Assembly (NCBI GenBank): GCA_002633005.1
Contig: NMRA01000037.1
Span: forward strand, 385,302 to 449,301
Length of the DNA stretch: 64,000 nt
Direction: 5' to 3'
DNA from: Phoronis australis
Lineage: Eukaryota; Animalia; Phoronida
In this document: piece by piece, positions 25,827 to 39,925 of the stretch
Layout of the letters: each line of letters starts with the position of its first letter
How positions within the stretch are numbered: the stretch's first letter is position 1
Translations under genes and position numbers: made by a program
The notes under the pieces: generated by a model
Databases searched by the model: none
Told to the model about the DNA's origin: nothing
What the model saw: the letters and a program-made list of their open reading frames with translations, nothing else

Positions 25827-28013
25827 CTGTTGTTCAGCTATTTTGGTTTAATTGCATGCATAGTACGGTAGAAGTAGTACGATAGAATTTGGCATTGAAA
25901 GTGATCGTCAAATACGCAAATATGTGAACCTTCGGAATAGTGAAGCTTCCGAGTGGTAAACCTTCGAAATAGTGGGCTGTTCCCATTTCCAGCGATGTAA
26001 GCAACTTAAGAAACTTTACCCGTTGGAAACGTCAGCATAAACTGCATGATACGGACTCCATATACTCGATTGTGACTTATATATATCGTTTACTGTACAA
26101 ATTGTCTTGTTTCACATTTGTTTGCTGTTTCATTTCAGTATTGAGTTATTTTATGTTTGCCTGATTTATTTTGCATTTCGACTATTTCTGTTATTTTCAA
26201 CATTTTCAATTTTCGCGCCCGGGGAGAATATTGGAATGGGTTTATGACAGTGTTTCATGGTTTATTAGTTTAGATATTTCCTTGTACGTTATCTATTATT
26301 GAGTGAAGACATTCTTGGAACATCTACTTACTTCTTCATGGAATAGATCTTAGTTCATTACATTTGTTTCATGTCCTTGCTTTCTGTAGATTTCAGTTGA
26401 TTTGATAAACCCTCTGTTATGCTAGGTGTTTATATGCTTAGTGACATTGTTAACCTATTGTATTCACTGACATACCTGCAGCAGCTTAACTCTGTAATCC
26501 TAGTCAGCTGCTTCTATTGTTAAGACTTGACTTTTATTTGCAGGCATCCCAGCCCAGGCTTCTTCCCCATTGATTAGTTTTGTATTTGGCACACATTCTG
26601 ATTGGTCGAATAGGTTCACTTGCAAGTTATATACAATATCTTTATACTACCACACCAGAAGCTTTTAATACATCATATCCAACACGTGTGTTTTTCTCTA
26701 CGAACCACCTCGGGTTTTTGTCACTGCACAATAAAACCCCACATCTTATGGACCCTGGCACACAATTCCTTCAATCGGCACATCTTTAATGGAATACCTG
26801 TAACATCCTTTTTGGACCAACACTGACGTGGATTTCGGATAGTCTACTGGGCAATTCTGTTTCGATATTCTCGTGATACACGTGGGCTTGAATGCCTTCT
26901 TTATTTTTACTCGATTCGCTCTAAGTAGCATTTCAGAAGCGGTTCACAACAGGTTCATTCTCCACTAATAAAAAGCAGATGTGAGAGATATTCATAAGAA
27001 TGCGATATCAGGGGCTGGTCTTAAAAAGTGTTCTCACCGATTGTGTCACTTTAAATTCCCGGTCACACTGAGTAACACGGTTATTTGATAAGTGACTTCT
27101 CTACAATTTGATAGCAGCACTATCCACGGGTTGGAAACAATTCCACTCATAGCACGTCCCAAAAATGCTCCATACAGGGTGGCCAAACTCCAGTCTTGGA
27201 ACCAGAGCAGTTGAGGTACATGTATCTGCAAAAAAAAACCGAGTGACAAAGCCAGAAACAGCTAGCCCTACTGCGAGATGCACTAGAACTCCCTGAGACC
27301 TGCGAGCAAAAAGTATGACGTATCTCGGCTTAGCCGTTGACGACAGCGCAGTGCCTAACCCAGCTGATTTCCAATTATAGTCCTTGAAATTCTACGTAAT
27401 ATACATTTAGAACTCTTCTTTGGAATTATGGTGATGTCTGGGTAAAAGTCCTTTGGTTCTCCGGTAAACCAGTCAAGCTCACGGCCGACACAGGCCAACC
27501 TGGCTTCTCAAGCCTTCTGCCGACGCGGCCATCCATTATTCTGCGTTGACTACCTCCCACCAAAATGATGATTGCACGGCAGAATCCGATCTGTAGTAAG
27601 TTGCAATCAGCAACTGAGTATTTTTGCTTCCATTTCTAGTGTAGAAAATATAGCCGAGCTCAGCAATCCCAATATGTCAATGAAATTATTCTGTGCCAAA
27701 GACGCGACGCACGCTCCCGATCTCTGCATTTGAATCACTGGCGATGTGTCGATTCCTTTTATTTAGTTGTGATTTGTTAAACTTACATATTGGGCAAACA
27801 AAACTGGCAGACCTCATTCACGATATGCCGCAAATAACACATTTTCACGAAAGACGTCGCTCTAGTCGGTTGGCTTACGTAGTAAAGTGGCAAATAACAA
27901 TGTAGATACACATTTTTTACTATGGCATTCGTGGAGACGACAATGACACAGAAACCACAGTTACTCATAATGCCCAGTCCTCTGAAGCCATTGTAAGTCA
28001 GTAGTGGGGGGGN

Positions 28014-31000
28014 TCATTTGCACGTTACAGATATGCGGGCAATGGAACTGATTAGTTTTTTGTCTTCATAGTGAATATAAAACACGTTCAAATTTATGAT
28101 TCATAGATGTTGTCTATGGTGCTCAGTCATCGTGGCGACGGCCCCGGGCATCCACGCTGAGGAGGGGGTATCCAACCACTATGTTGTATAATCTTTTTGG
28201 AAATAGTGACTGAATTGCAGTTGAATTAAATAAAGATTCTAGTTTATGTATCATCTTTTTACTTTTATCATTAATTTTATTTTTATCATTAATAGTACCG
28301 GCCCGTAGCCAGGAGGGTTCGGGGGATTCGATCGAACTCCTCTCCCGCTCAAAAGGTCCAGTCCGACCATATTCGTTAAAGATAGGATATACATGTAAAT
28401 GGACAACAACAGCAAAATTGTTGCAGCTACTGGTGCTACTAACTACAATGATAACTGAATTAGTAATAATTTTGAATTTGCTTCAGATTCAAAGCGCTTC
28501 ACGTGGCATCGGGCCGTACTCAGCCAACTTTGCCCGAGTGCCGCTGTTTGTGTAGATGACAGAATCGTACATACGATAAAAGGAGGCTTTATGTTATTCA
28601 TAGGCCACGCGCGTGGTGCCTACACCAAAGGCTAACAAGGGCAGTCTAGAAGTGAATATCTATACCTAAGCAAAAAAGTCTAGCCCTACGACCTAAGTAA
28701 GCTACATGTATATAGAACGAAAGAGCTCCCAAAAAGTAGTGCGGTGTCACGGTGAATGCCTTAAACTCGACCAAGAAACAAAACAGCAAAAATTTGAGAT
28801 CTGACGTGCGTTCAGCAGACGCTAGTACCTAGCTAAAACCTAGTCAAAGTCACGCGTTCTCATTTAAAATACAGGCTGTTATTCAGCTATTTTGGTTTGC
28901 ATAGTACGGTAGAAGTTGTACGGTAGAAGTTGGCATTGAAAGTGATCGCCAAATACGCAAATATGTCGAACCTTCGGAATAGTGAAGCTTCCGAGTGGTA
29001 AACCTTCGAAATAGTGGGCTGTTCCCATTTCCAGCGATGTAAGCAACTTAAGAAACTTTACCCGTTGGAAACGTCAGCATAAACTGCATGATACGGACTT
29101 CATATACTCGATTGTGACTTATATATATCGTTCACTGTACAAATTGTCTTGTTTCACATTTGTTTGCTGTTTCATTTCAGTATTGAGTTATTTTATGTTT
29201 GCCTGATTTATTTTGCATTTCGACTATTTCTGTTATTTTCACCATTTTCAATTTTCGCGCCCGGGGAGAATATTGGAATGGGTTTATGACAGTTTTTCAT
29301 GGTTTATTAGTTTAGATATTTCCTTGTACATATTAAGTTTAAAGTTATCTATTTTTGAGTGAAGACATTCTTGGAACATCTACTTACTTCTTCATGGAAT
29401 GGATCTTAGTTCATTACATTTGTTTCATGTCCTTGCTTTCTGTAGATTTCAGTTTAGTGATTTGATAAACCCTCTATTATGCTAGGTGTTTATATGCTTA
29501 GTGATATTGTTAACCTATTGTATTCACATACCTGTAGCAGCTTAACTCTGTAATCCTAGTCAGCTGCTTCTATTGTTATGACTTGACTTTTATTTGCAGG
29601 CATCCCAGCCCAGGCTTCTTCCCCATTGATTAGTTTTGTATTTGGCACGCATTCTGATTGGTCGAATAGGCCGGTTCACTTGCAAGTTATATACAATATC
29701 TTTATACTACCACACCAGAAGCTTTTAATACATCATATCCAACACGTGTGTTTTTCTCTACGAACCACCTCGGGTTTTTGTCATTGCACAATAAAACCCC
29801 ACATCTTATGGACCCTGGCCCGCAATTCCTTCAATCGGCACATCTTTAATGGAATACCTGTAACATCCTTTTTAGACCAACACTGACGTGGATTTCGGAT
29901 AGTCTACTGGGTAATTCTGTTTCGATATTCTCATGATACTCGTGGGCTTGAATGTCTTCTTTATTTTTACTCGATTCGTTCTAAGTAGGATTTCAGAAGC
30001 GGTTCACAACAGGTTCATTCTCCACTAATAAAAAGCAGATGTGAGAGATATTCATCAGAATGCGATATCAGGGGCTGGTCTTAAAAAGTGTTCTCACCGA
30101 TTGTGTCACTTTAAATTCCCGGTCACACTGAGTTACACGGTTATTTGATAAGTGACTTCTCTACAATTTGATAGCAGCACTATGATCCACGGGTTGGAAA
30201 CAATTCCACTCATAGCCCCTCCCAAAAATGCTCCATACAGGGTGGCCAAACTCCAGTCTTGGAACCAGTGCAGTTGAGGTACATGTATCTGCAAAAAAAA
30301 AACCGAGTGACAAAGCCAGAAACAGCTAGCCCTACTGCGAGATGCACTAGAACTCCCTGAGACCTGCGAGCAAAAAGTATGACGTATCTCGGCTTAGCCG
30401 TTGACGACAGCGCAGTGCCTAACCCAGCTGATTTCCAATTATAGTCCTTGAAATTCTACGTAATATACATTTAGAACTCTTCTTTGGAATTATGGTGATG
30501 TCTGGGTAAAAGTCCTTTTGTTCTCCGGTAAACCAGTCAAGCTCACGGCCGACACAGGCCAACCTGGCTTCTCAAGCCTTCTGCCGACGCGGCCATCCAT
30601 TATTCTGCGTTGACTACCTCCCACCAAAATGATGATTGCACGGCAGAATCCGATCTGTAGTAAGTTGCAATCAGCAACTGAGTATTTTTGCTTCCATTTC
30701 TAGTGTAGACAATATAGCCGAGCTCAGCAATCCCAATATGTCAATGAAATTATTCTGTGCCAATGACGCGACGCACGCTCCCGATCTCTGCATTTGAATC
30801 ACTGGCGATGTGTCGATTCCTTTTATTTAGTTGTGATTTGTTAAACTTACATATTGGGCAAACAAAACTGGCAGACCTCATTCACGATATGCCGCAAATA
30901 ACACATTTTCACGAAAGACGTCGCTCTAGTCGGTTGGCTTACGTAGTAAAGTGGCAAATAACAATGTAGATACACATTTTTTACTATGGCATTCGTGGAG

Positions 31001-31076
31001 ACGACAATGACACAGAAACCACAGTTACTCATAATGCCCAGTCCTCTGAAGCCATTGTAAGTCAGTAGTGGGGGGG
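28014..31076 (+). repeat. Copy 2 of the tandem near-identical duplication (about 3.06 kb)
   Basis: Same start (tcatttgcacgttacag) and end (gtagtggggggg) as copy 1. Confidence 0.95.
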
Positions 31077-33160
31077 AGGAGGTGCATTTTCTCACCTGGC
31101 CCTCCCCTACAAAGAACTAGCCACACCGTCACTGTCCACAGACTGTACATTTGTCATCAAACTATAGCCTACTGCTTACGGTAGAATTATCACAATTCAT
31201 TATGTAAAAATTACAGAATAGTAACAAAATAACACACAAGGTGTTTTAATTAGTATTCTCTACAGTCGATCCAGATGTGGAAATCAACGACATTACAAAC
31301 TTGGTCAACTCACACGATCAGTTTCAAGTAAGTCAAGAACTGCAAAGGCTTTATATTTGGATTTGGACCGGAGTTGTAACTAATGAGATGAAAATTTGTC
31401 GAAGTGCCTTCTATAACGCACTCATTGAACTGTCAGGTAAAAGGTTATTAAGAACGTTTGTAATGTATATGTGAGCATGTGAATAAAGCAAGCTAACGTC
31501 ACTTGTCGAAATCGTTTGAATTTCTTAACACCGTAGTAACGTTTTCCAAAAACACGTAGTCTAGAAAAACGTGATGGGATTTCTGAGCTAAGAGTTTTTC
31601 TATAGTTATCACCGAGTCCGACAATTAACCGAAGTTTACTAAGCCACATTAAAGGGATACTAAATCCTATTTTAGCCAAGAAATGCTGATAACGCCAGAT
31701 CGTATATTAATGTAAATGTGCGGCCTACAGGTGGCGCGCTGATCAGACTTAAAGGAGCATACCACCCAAACAACTTAGTTTGTATCAGTTTAGATCGAGT
31801 AGTTCCACTCGGTAACAGCAAGTACAGCTCTTTTACCCGACACCTGACGGCAGACGGAGGTGTTGAAATTAACCAATGACGTCAGAGGTTCGAATGTAGT
31901 CTGTTCAGCAGTTCACAACACGCTTACTCGGGTGTCAGCTTATCGCTTGATTTCATCGTTTTACACCAATAAATCATCAAAATTCGATGTAAAACCCTTA
32001 CAAATACGTCGAGTAATTGAACAAACGTGTAATTTTATTTCGCTGTTACGGATTTTTAGGTTTAGGTATTTGGATGTACCGTAGCCTACAAAGTTCGATC
32101 GGTAGCCGGGCCAATTTACTAAGGTCGGTCGCGGGAGTTTGGGGTCTGTTCGGTGATAAATTCAAATTATTCGTCCGTGAAATACAGACAGGAGAACATA
32201 GATGTGTGTTGAAATTTTAGACTTGCGATTGTTTTTAGTTCCAAACACACGAAACGCTTGCTATCCTGGCCAATCATTGGCCGCGAGTCGGAACCCGATC
32301 GATCAGGCTCATATCGCGGCCGGAATGAAGACATCACGAACACTAAACCAGCCAAAGTTGGAAACTAAACTTCCAGTCACGAAAAGGCTACACTAGTGAG
32401 CCACAGAAAAAAATGTGCACGTGGTTATTTTGGTGAATTAGCCGCGAAACGTCAGGGCAAAAGTCAGTGTACACTAGCAATGATTCGAATATTGCATATA
32501 GATTATTACATGGCGAAGTCGTTATCCCCCGTTATCTAGAGACCGAGTGGATTTTGAAGAATTATCACCCTCGGGGCGTAGATAAGGGGGCTAACGACTG
32601 AGAACGTGTAACAATCTATTTACACCACATATTGAACAAGAAACATTGCAATGAATCGATCTACCTTTCTCGACTCGCCTCGGCTTTGTAACTACTTTCT
32701 ATGTCAGAGGCCCGGGGTCGGAGGTCGTGACCTGTTAAGAAAAGCCGAGCTATTTTTGTCAAATAATGCTTTTACTCAAAACCAATTGAAAAATAAAACA
32801 AAATAGAAATAAAGTGAATCTATAAATTAAGGTTTAGCAACTATTATAGCTTACTACACATGTTACCACGCTAAGCTTCGACCAGGAAAATATCGTCTGC
32901 TAAAGTAGGTTACCACTAGTAACTGACTATAATGCTCAAGTCAAAGGATCTCGACGACACGATACCCGAATTCAAATTGGAGATCAGTGATTTACAAGTG
33001 AGAACGCGAGAGAAAAATTCCACTGAATTAGAATATCGTTTTTATGGAAATTATGCGTCTTATTTTTCATAGCGTATAAACATCGGTGCAATACCCTTTG
33101 CTGAACATGGATTGTTGCGCGTGCTCATTTAAGTATTTTATTTTCACGTTCGATGACGTC

Positions 33161-33440
33161 AGCCGCTGAGTGGTGTAGTGGTAAAGTCGGCGACTCAAAA
33201 CTCTTGAGGCCCGGGTTCGCATCCGGCCTCGGTTTCCCGCCAAAATGTTATCTCACTAGTGAGATAACTTTATGGGCTATTACACGGTTGTATCTGCCAT
33301 TCGAGGTGGTATAGATATGAATATCGTTAGGTTTCACAGGCTAAACCGGGATACACTGATCAAGAAATAATAGAGAGGCCCCGTGAACGTGCATAAGGAC
33401 AACGGAACACAATAGTTCCGCCAACCGTTTGAATGACTTG
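33161..33440 (+). mobile_element. tRNA-derived SINE (head with Pol III A and B boxes) nested in the Kolobok-like element
   Basis: A box TGGTGTAGTGG and B box GGTTCGCATCC at tRNA spacing; no clean cloverleaf. The 3' end is approximate. Confidence 0.55.
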
Positions 33441-33792
33441 TCATGGTGTCAGTGAGCTAACTGCACGATAATGCAAACGACTGACGCTTAGGTTTGCTGC
33501 CACGAAATTCCGCAAGTGAAACGCCTTCTTGGAGAAGTGCAGATGTGTCTCACGAACGATCCTGATTTTGCACCGCATCTAAACAGAGGTGTGCTGACGA
33601 CGTTTCAGTTAGGGCTGAGAAAAAGAACTGGCGAAAACACTCTACGCTCAGAGGACCCGCGTTAACATAAGCCTCACCAACAAGTCAGTCATCAAATAGG
33701 TTATATAAAACTTTATGTTCTCACGCCTTGAATTAATTGTAATTGTTTATGTTTTCATGGCCAGTTACAATTTTCCATAATCAAAAACTGAT

Positions 33793-33990
33793 CTACAACC
33801 GATCCGACGAAATGCCGGCAGGCCACTGACAGACACGGAGAAGCCTCACGGCCTCATACTTGATTGCCAACTTTTCATTCTTCACTACCGCGAGCCACTC
33901 TCGAGGAAATCGAAAAAAAACATATACCCGCTTTCTTCGCAGCTTCATAGTTCGCACAAGGGGGGACGATACACCACACCATAGCGGCAC
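33793..33990 (-). pseudogene. Degenerate THAP zinc-finger fragment inside the Kolobok-like element
   Basis: MPLWC...FFRFPR-EWL...LRVC followed, after a frameshift, by RHFVG resembles the THAP C2CH signature (C...FP...W...C..HF). Confidence 0.55.
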
Positions 33991-35191
33991 TCACTCTGCA
34001 GAAGAACTACTGACGTCGCTGCGTCGTTTCCCACCTTCCTCACAGGTCAACACGACACCTCTCGGCGAGGTAAGATATACCGTAAACTGTGGAACATGAT
34101 AGAACGATTAAGGGTGTAAAAAGACTAATTAAATCGGGTGGCATTCTCCTTTAAACATGTTTGCGAACGACTACGAATTGCCCACACAGTTAATTCTGAT
34201 ACTATCGAAGCTTCGATGTTAATTATGGTTAACCGCGAAGTAAGCGATAGTGTTCGCATCAGCTTCAGAGTTAAAATAGTCAGAAAAATTGTTCAGCGAA
34301 GTTATCACAAGGCCAACGCTAATTTGACCAAGAAGTCTATGTGCCCTTGCCAATTTCACTCAAAAGTTGTGAAGCGTTGTGGATGAGTTGAATCGGCTCC
34401 CACTGCCTCACTCCTGAGTCAAACCACAGGCTCCGCCGCGCTCCACGTTGTGGCACAACGATTATGTGCTTAGCTGAATAATGTTTTGGTCTCTCACTTA
34501 GCCTTGGCCGTCATAATAATATCATGGGTCCTCGGGCACATCTGTTTACTGCGGGGACCCCTGTTGTACCAACTGAATATTTATAGCTATAAAAAATCGT
34601 AAACTGCGGTGTACCAACAAGTACATGGGTATTTCTCAGTAGACCTGTCGCTACGTCAACAGCAAGGGACATCAATAGTTGACGAACCACGGTTTAATGT
34701 TTGAACAAATGAGTATGGAGTGCCAGTCTCGTATCAAAAAAAAAACCTAAAACAACCCCACCTCATGTTGACCAGCCGCCAAATTAGACTACCTGAAAAC
34801 AAAATGACGATATGTTAATTAGCTGATTTCGAGTTACGTCAGTAAAATTGGGACAACCAATCACAGCATTTTTAAGTTATCCTCCATTGTATTTAGAGCG
34901 AAAGGTCGCCAGAGTATTGCTGCCCGGTTTTCCCGTGGTTAACGCTATAACGATAAGGAATGGCGAGGCATTGTAATGGTGGTGATTGCGACAACCTTTT
35001 TTCGTCTGAAGTCCCTGCTGCCAGACAGCGTACAATATCATGATTTTGGCTAAAATCACAACAAAAGGGTAGCATTTTCAACACAAATCTCTGAGGAGAA
35101 TATGATTTAGTCCCGCTCTGATATTTATCAGAGTCTCCTGCACAGACCCTCGAGGTTTCCGTGACGTCAGCTTGTGAGGCCCGGGAACCAG

Positions 35192-35343
35192 GCGTGCGTT
35201 CAGTAGACGCTAGGACCTACGCTGAGGACCTAGCTAAAACCTAGTCAAAGTCACGTGTTCTCATTTAAAATACTTGGCAATACCTCACGTAATCTCGCGA
35301 AGTCTTGCTTTTTAGCGAGGTCCTAGAGTTACTGAACGGGAGG
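35192..35343 (+). mobile_element. PIF/Harbinger-like MITE, family C
   Basis: Same TIRs and interior as 25556-25826; CAG target duplication in an AACCAGGTT context. Confidence 0.8.
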
Positions 35344-38300
35344 CAGGTTAATATTTATCACGTACACACCGGAAGTATGTTGCATGTGTAACGGGGCGGT
35401 ATCTACGACCAAGGCGCCCCGATTTTACGAGCCCGGCGGGGTGCGGATTGAGGGTGATATTGAAAACTAAAAGTTGGTGAATAATACATAGGTTTATTGT
35501 AAGAATATATAACTAAAATATTTCACACTTATAAGCAATCCAGTTGTTCCATGATTTAGTATCGCAGCGTTGTGAGTTCTCTAGTGATACACGGGCAAGC
35601 CAGTCGCTGATTGTGTGTGCAAGAACGGGGCAATTTGGTTATTGGCAGATCCGAAAGGTGAGATGCAATCAAGCTCGGGAGGAGCCCGAGAATTGCTGGG
35701 GCTAAACTATTGGCAACCAAGTTCGGGCCGGAGGAGCCCGAATGAGCTGCACAAACAGTTGAAATTTGGTGTGAGTGAAGGTGTAAATGTTTGCTTCTTG
35801 AACTCTGCGACTGGACTCCTCGAGTCTGACAGAGACAAAGCTTAAGTACACAATTTCAACCAATCAGACACGATCTGAAGGGCAAGGCCCATAGTAGCTC
35901 CTATAGGTTCTGACCATATTTGGCCATGTCCAAAGGACTGGAAATCATAGGAAAATTCCATACGTAGTACACAGCTTGACCACTAGAGGGGGCATATATC
36001 TTACATAATCATGTCCAGGGCACTCCTGTTACACATGCTTTCAGAACGCGATCACTGCAAGGAGGGGTTCGATCGTATCCCCGCTATGGAAAACTCGTGT
36101 GCCAACGTTCGGTAACTTACTCGCGATTGTGGCGAGCTCCCTCCTGGTTGTCTTTACAACATTTTTTTTCACGAGGGACCACCTATATATATATGTTCAA
36201 AGATGGCCGCATACTCATTCTCCAAAAAGTTGCGGGAAGGAGATTCTTTTCATCTCCGTTTTCGGGATCGGCACGGGGTCTAATATAGGCCTGCCCCCAA
36301 AATTTTGTGTCAGCCATGCGATAATCCCAGGGGATTTCAAGAATTCACGTTCCCACCAGTGATAGGCGTTTACAAAAGTCTCTACTGTTTGTTCTTTAAT
36401 TAATATTCATGTACGTTCTTCTCAATCTTTTCCTGTACACTAAATGCGCATATGGGTGAGAACCCCAATTGTTACGCTATTAACTCTAGGCGAGAAGTTG
36501 TTGGTAACTGAGATATATACACTAACACCACGTAAGCTGTGGTTACGAAATAAAACGAGTCCCGAACTGCGTTCAACCAATATATTTTAGTTTGAAAAGC
36601 ACGTTTCATCAGTAGGCCTACATCAGAACTCGGGCTAGAGTTCTGTGAGTAAACAAAGTGATTGGGGCCATCGCGAATGTATTGCTCACAAGGTTCGAAC
36701 TCGTTGGAGTTCAAGAGGTGAGTGGGAGGCAAACAAATTAAATAAGTCAATAGACCTTTTTTGAATTAATTGAATATGAGAGCCTATAGGGCCTATGAAA
36801 GTTTGCTGGCCCGCCCATCCAGTAAATTCTAAAAGTTACAAGTTTGGTATCCTCTTAAGCCCAAAGTCATAATTTGACTGACAAACAGAAAGTGTTCAGC
36901 CAAAAGAAAGATTCAGGTCAACTTTTACTGAAATGCAGGATGAATTTCCTAGAAATTCTAGATTGTTTATTGGTGTGCACCCAGTGGCAACGTGATGGTT
37001 CACACGAACGCCAGGTAATGTACGAATGGTATTTCCGCATTCGGAAAAGCGACTTAAATTCGTGACCTGTGACACGTATTTTGGCAACTAGCCTATTCGT
37101 CGCTGTTTACAAACTTCCAGTTGACCGCACCGTTTGCGATATGACCTCCCCGGCTGGATGAACCTGATAAACTCGAGTCAAGTCGGTACCGTAGCTGTTC
37201 ACTAGAAATCTACATTTCATTTTTACAGAAAAAATACAAGTCAAATGGTTTTATTCTTACTATCTCGCCCCGTGGGTTTGGTGTCTCAATAGGCAAATTA
37301 TCCCTAGAGTGTGAAAGCATTGTGTATTAAAATACTACTGATGTAGGCCTATTTATTGAGAAGGCCTAGGGAGTTTTACACAGTTGTCTGAGAGGTGACT
37401 CGGCCAAAAGCACCTTTGTTGGCCTAAGAAATTTTGCTTGGCCATTAGCATCGCAAACGAAATCAACTTGAATGACCCAGCTGAAGTAGCGATTCATGTA
37501 TACATGAGGTCCTTTTCAGTTGATTTCGTTTGCAGTAGTTTGATATGAATCGAACTAAAGCCGCCCAGGGGTGGCCATGAATCTTACAAAAATGGATGAT
37601 ACTTTCGGACTCCTAATTACTTGTCGGTAGTCTGCTTAGGCATGAAGACCTTTTCAGGTTTAGAAAGGACCGATCGTAGACATAGCCGGCTCACCGACGG
37701 AGCCTGGTTGACAACGGCGTATGAATAAAGAGAAATGTCCCATCAACAGTACGTTTATGGCATTGGCATGTTCCCTGAGACACGCTGAACCGTGGGATTC
37801 TGGGTTTTTGAATACATTTTTTCTTAGTGAGTTTTCGTCGCAAGGTCGTGTCGACGTCGGATATCCTTATTAACCGACAAACGCAGCCCGGTTTTGCCCC
37901 ACTCTAAGTTGAACATAACACAATACGTATAAACAACACATAGAGATAAGGTAACGATAACTTCGTTGACCTTCCGCAAAAAGCAAACAAAAACTGCATT
38001 GCCTAAATCCTACTGTTGTGCCGTTCCCATTGTTTTGTACGTGACTGGAGTTCCCGCGTAATCCACACTAACCTTACTAATATTTTGAGGTCACGACCAT
38101 GACCTTCATGTCTCGGTAATCTATAAATAAGTCAGGTAATACGCGCACTGCACAATACCGCAAAACTACAACCCCAAGTTGAGAACGAATAAGTCACTCG
38201 CCACTTCGACAGGGCAAAGGAGGCCATACAGATTGTACTCAGACTAAGAGCGTTTGTTAGTAATCCTGTCACATCATGGCGATGGCAATTCAGTCGTACC

Positions 38301-38425
38301 TTTTCAAAGACGACTCGCCTGGAAGTGAGACACAGGTATCTATCGAGGTGAGTATCCCGTTATATTCCTGAGGAGTGCTAGTGATTTGACCAGTTAAACA
38401 ATAAAAATTAAGCCACTGTTTCCCA

Positions 38426-38671
38426 ATGCGCGCACTAGCCCAAAATATAGGGGGTTCGAATTTTTCGGTATGCGGACCTTTTAGTAAAAAAAAGAAAACG
38501 GGGACAAAATACGGGGTACTTGGTTCAGACCTATGAATTGTGCATTCGCGCCGAATTCCTGTGTACTTTTGTCTCGTTTTCTCGGAGTTTTTGTTTCTCT
38601 GAGGCGGACTTTTTTGCCCACTTCGCCAAATGAGGGGGCTCATTCGAGCTCCCCCCCCTAGGTGCGCGCAT
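38426..38671 (-). mobile_element. MITE family A, reverse
   Basis: Reverse complement of the family A interior with both TIRs. Confidence 0.8.
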
Positions 38672-38827
38672 AAATTTGACCAGTCAGTCCTTTTTCCACC
38701 TCAGTGAATAGCAGTGGCGGATTTAAGGGGGCTGCAAGAGGGCCTCTTCATACACGATGTGTGGACTGGCAACTGCTGCTGTAGACGCTAGTGCTCTGTA
38801 GATTCACTGCATCCTACTGCCATGGAC

Positions 38828-38996
38828 CAGTGGAGGACTTAAGAGGGGGGGGGGGGGNGGGGGGGCACGGGGCCCTTCCTCCCTAAAATTCTCCCAGATT
38901 CTATTTGGCAATTCGGGGTGCGAATGTCGCAAAATCATGGCTAATACTCTGCCCTGCTCCGGTCCCCAACTCAAAGTCCTGGATCCGCTGGAGGTG
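38828..38996 (-). mobile_element. MITE family B, reverse
   Basis: Reverse complement of the family B interior. Confidence 0.7.
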
Positions 38997-39925
38997 AGAT
39001 GACCAGACAAGCGGAAGCAGTGAAATTGTGGACAGTAACTTGGTTCTAGTGGATAGCAGTAGCACCAATAGCAGATGAATGTGGCCTACATGGCAAAGAA
39101 CATCTGCAACCCCTCTCATGAAGAGCCTGTGGCTATATGTAAGAGAGTTCTCGTGAGTTTCAAATCAGGTGTTTTGTGGAATGGGCCCGACCTGCGCAAG
39201 TCCGATGCAACTCGGCACCCGACCGCCTGCAATAATTTTACTGAACAAATAAAAGTAACTGTGTAATAAAGGATTATATTGGCTCTAATGTTGAATAAGG
39301 ACGGGTCTCAAGGCTGCGCTACGGCGATACTCCTTCGCAGATCCCGGGAGGGGTTATATTTTTGAAAATGTGTGCAGCTGGGAAATTAGGATACCCTCAT
39401 TTGGGGAGAGGGTTCGACAAAGAGATCTACATGTAGAGCACTTCCTCGAAAAGGTCACCCTTTCGCAGGGTTTTGTTTCACCACCCCTTTTTAGATTGAT
39501 TTCGTTGGCTGATGATTCTTGGACAGCTGTAACGGTACAACATGTTACAGAACGTGAGTACACCTTTGGCAGCCAACGTTTTGACAATAAAGATAATATT
39601 AAAAACTTTTGTGCAAGTTTGCGTGGTTGGAAAAGTGTAGCTAAGCTTTGTAAAGTTTCAAACTCCCATCCGAATTTGTTCGCAAAAACAAAAAATACTC
39701 TTTCTTTGGGAATCTTATGAAAGTCACCCCTCTGAGCGGAACTTCTCGTGTATTTCGTACTCCTAGGCTCAGACTGTGATCCATATCTCGTGTTAACTTG
39801 GCTAACGATCGCCATGTTGTAGCAACGATCGATGTACTCCACGAGAACAAATAGAGAGAATTTGTAACAATAACACAAAAAGTACGGTGTATATGAATAT
39901 GTGGGCCTACGTCAGTTAATCAGGA

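Larger units (their letters stand above)
24774..28012 (+). repeat. Copy 1 of a tandem near-identical duplication (about 3.2 kb)
   Basis: Colinear with 28014-31076, differing by scattered SNPs and indels; the copies are joined by a single N at 28013. Confidence 0.95.
31753..34150. mobile_element. Kolobok-like DNA transposon relic (about 2.4 kb)
   Basis: TTAA on both sides (31749-31752, 34151-34154). Imperfect TIRs: AGGAGCATACCACCC at the left end and AGGAGAATGCCACCC as the reverse complement of the right end. Internal degenerate THAP-like sequence on the minus strand. Confidence 0.7.

Noticed and set aside
27535-27760. Possible LINE endonuclease relic (LLIATYYRSD...FWW on the minus strand)
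   Set aside because: The resemblance is limited to a short motif broken by stops and frameshifts; too weak to call without a search.
33161-33235. Possible tRNA gene
   Set aside because: A and B boxes are present but the acceptor and anticodon stems do not pair well, and it continues into a longer body; treated as a SINE head.
39354-39878. 174-aa minus-strand ORF and overlapping ORFs
   Set aside because: They overlap a dispersed repeat shared with 12630-13108 and have no recognisable domain.
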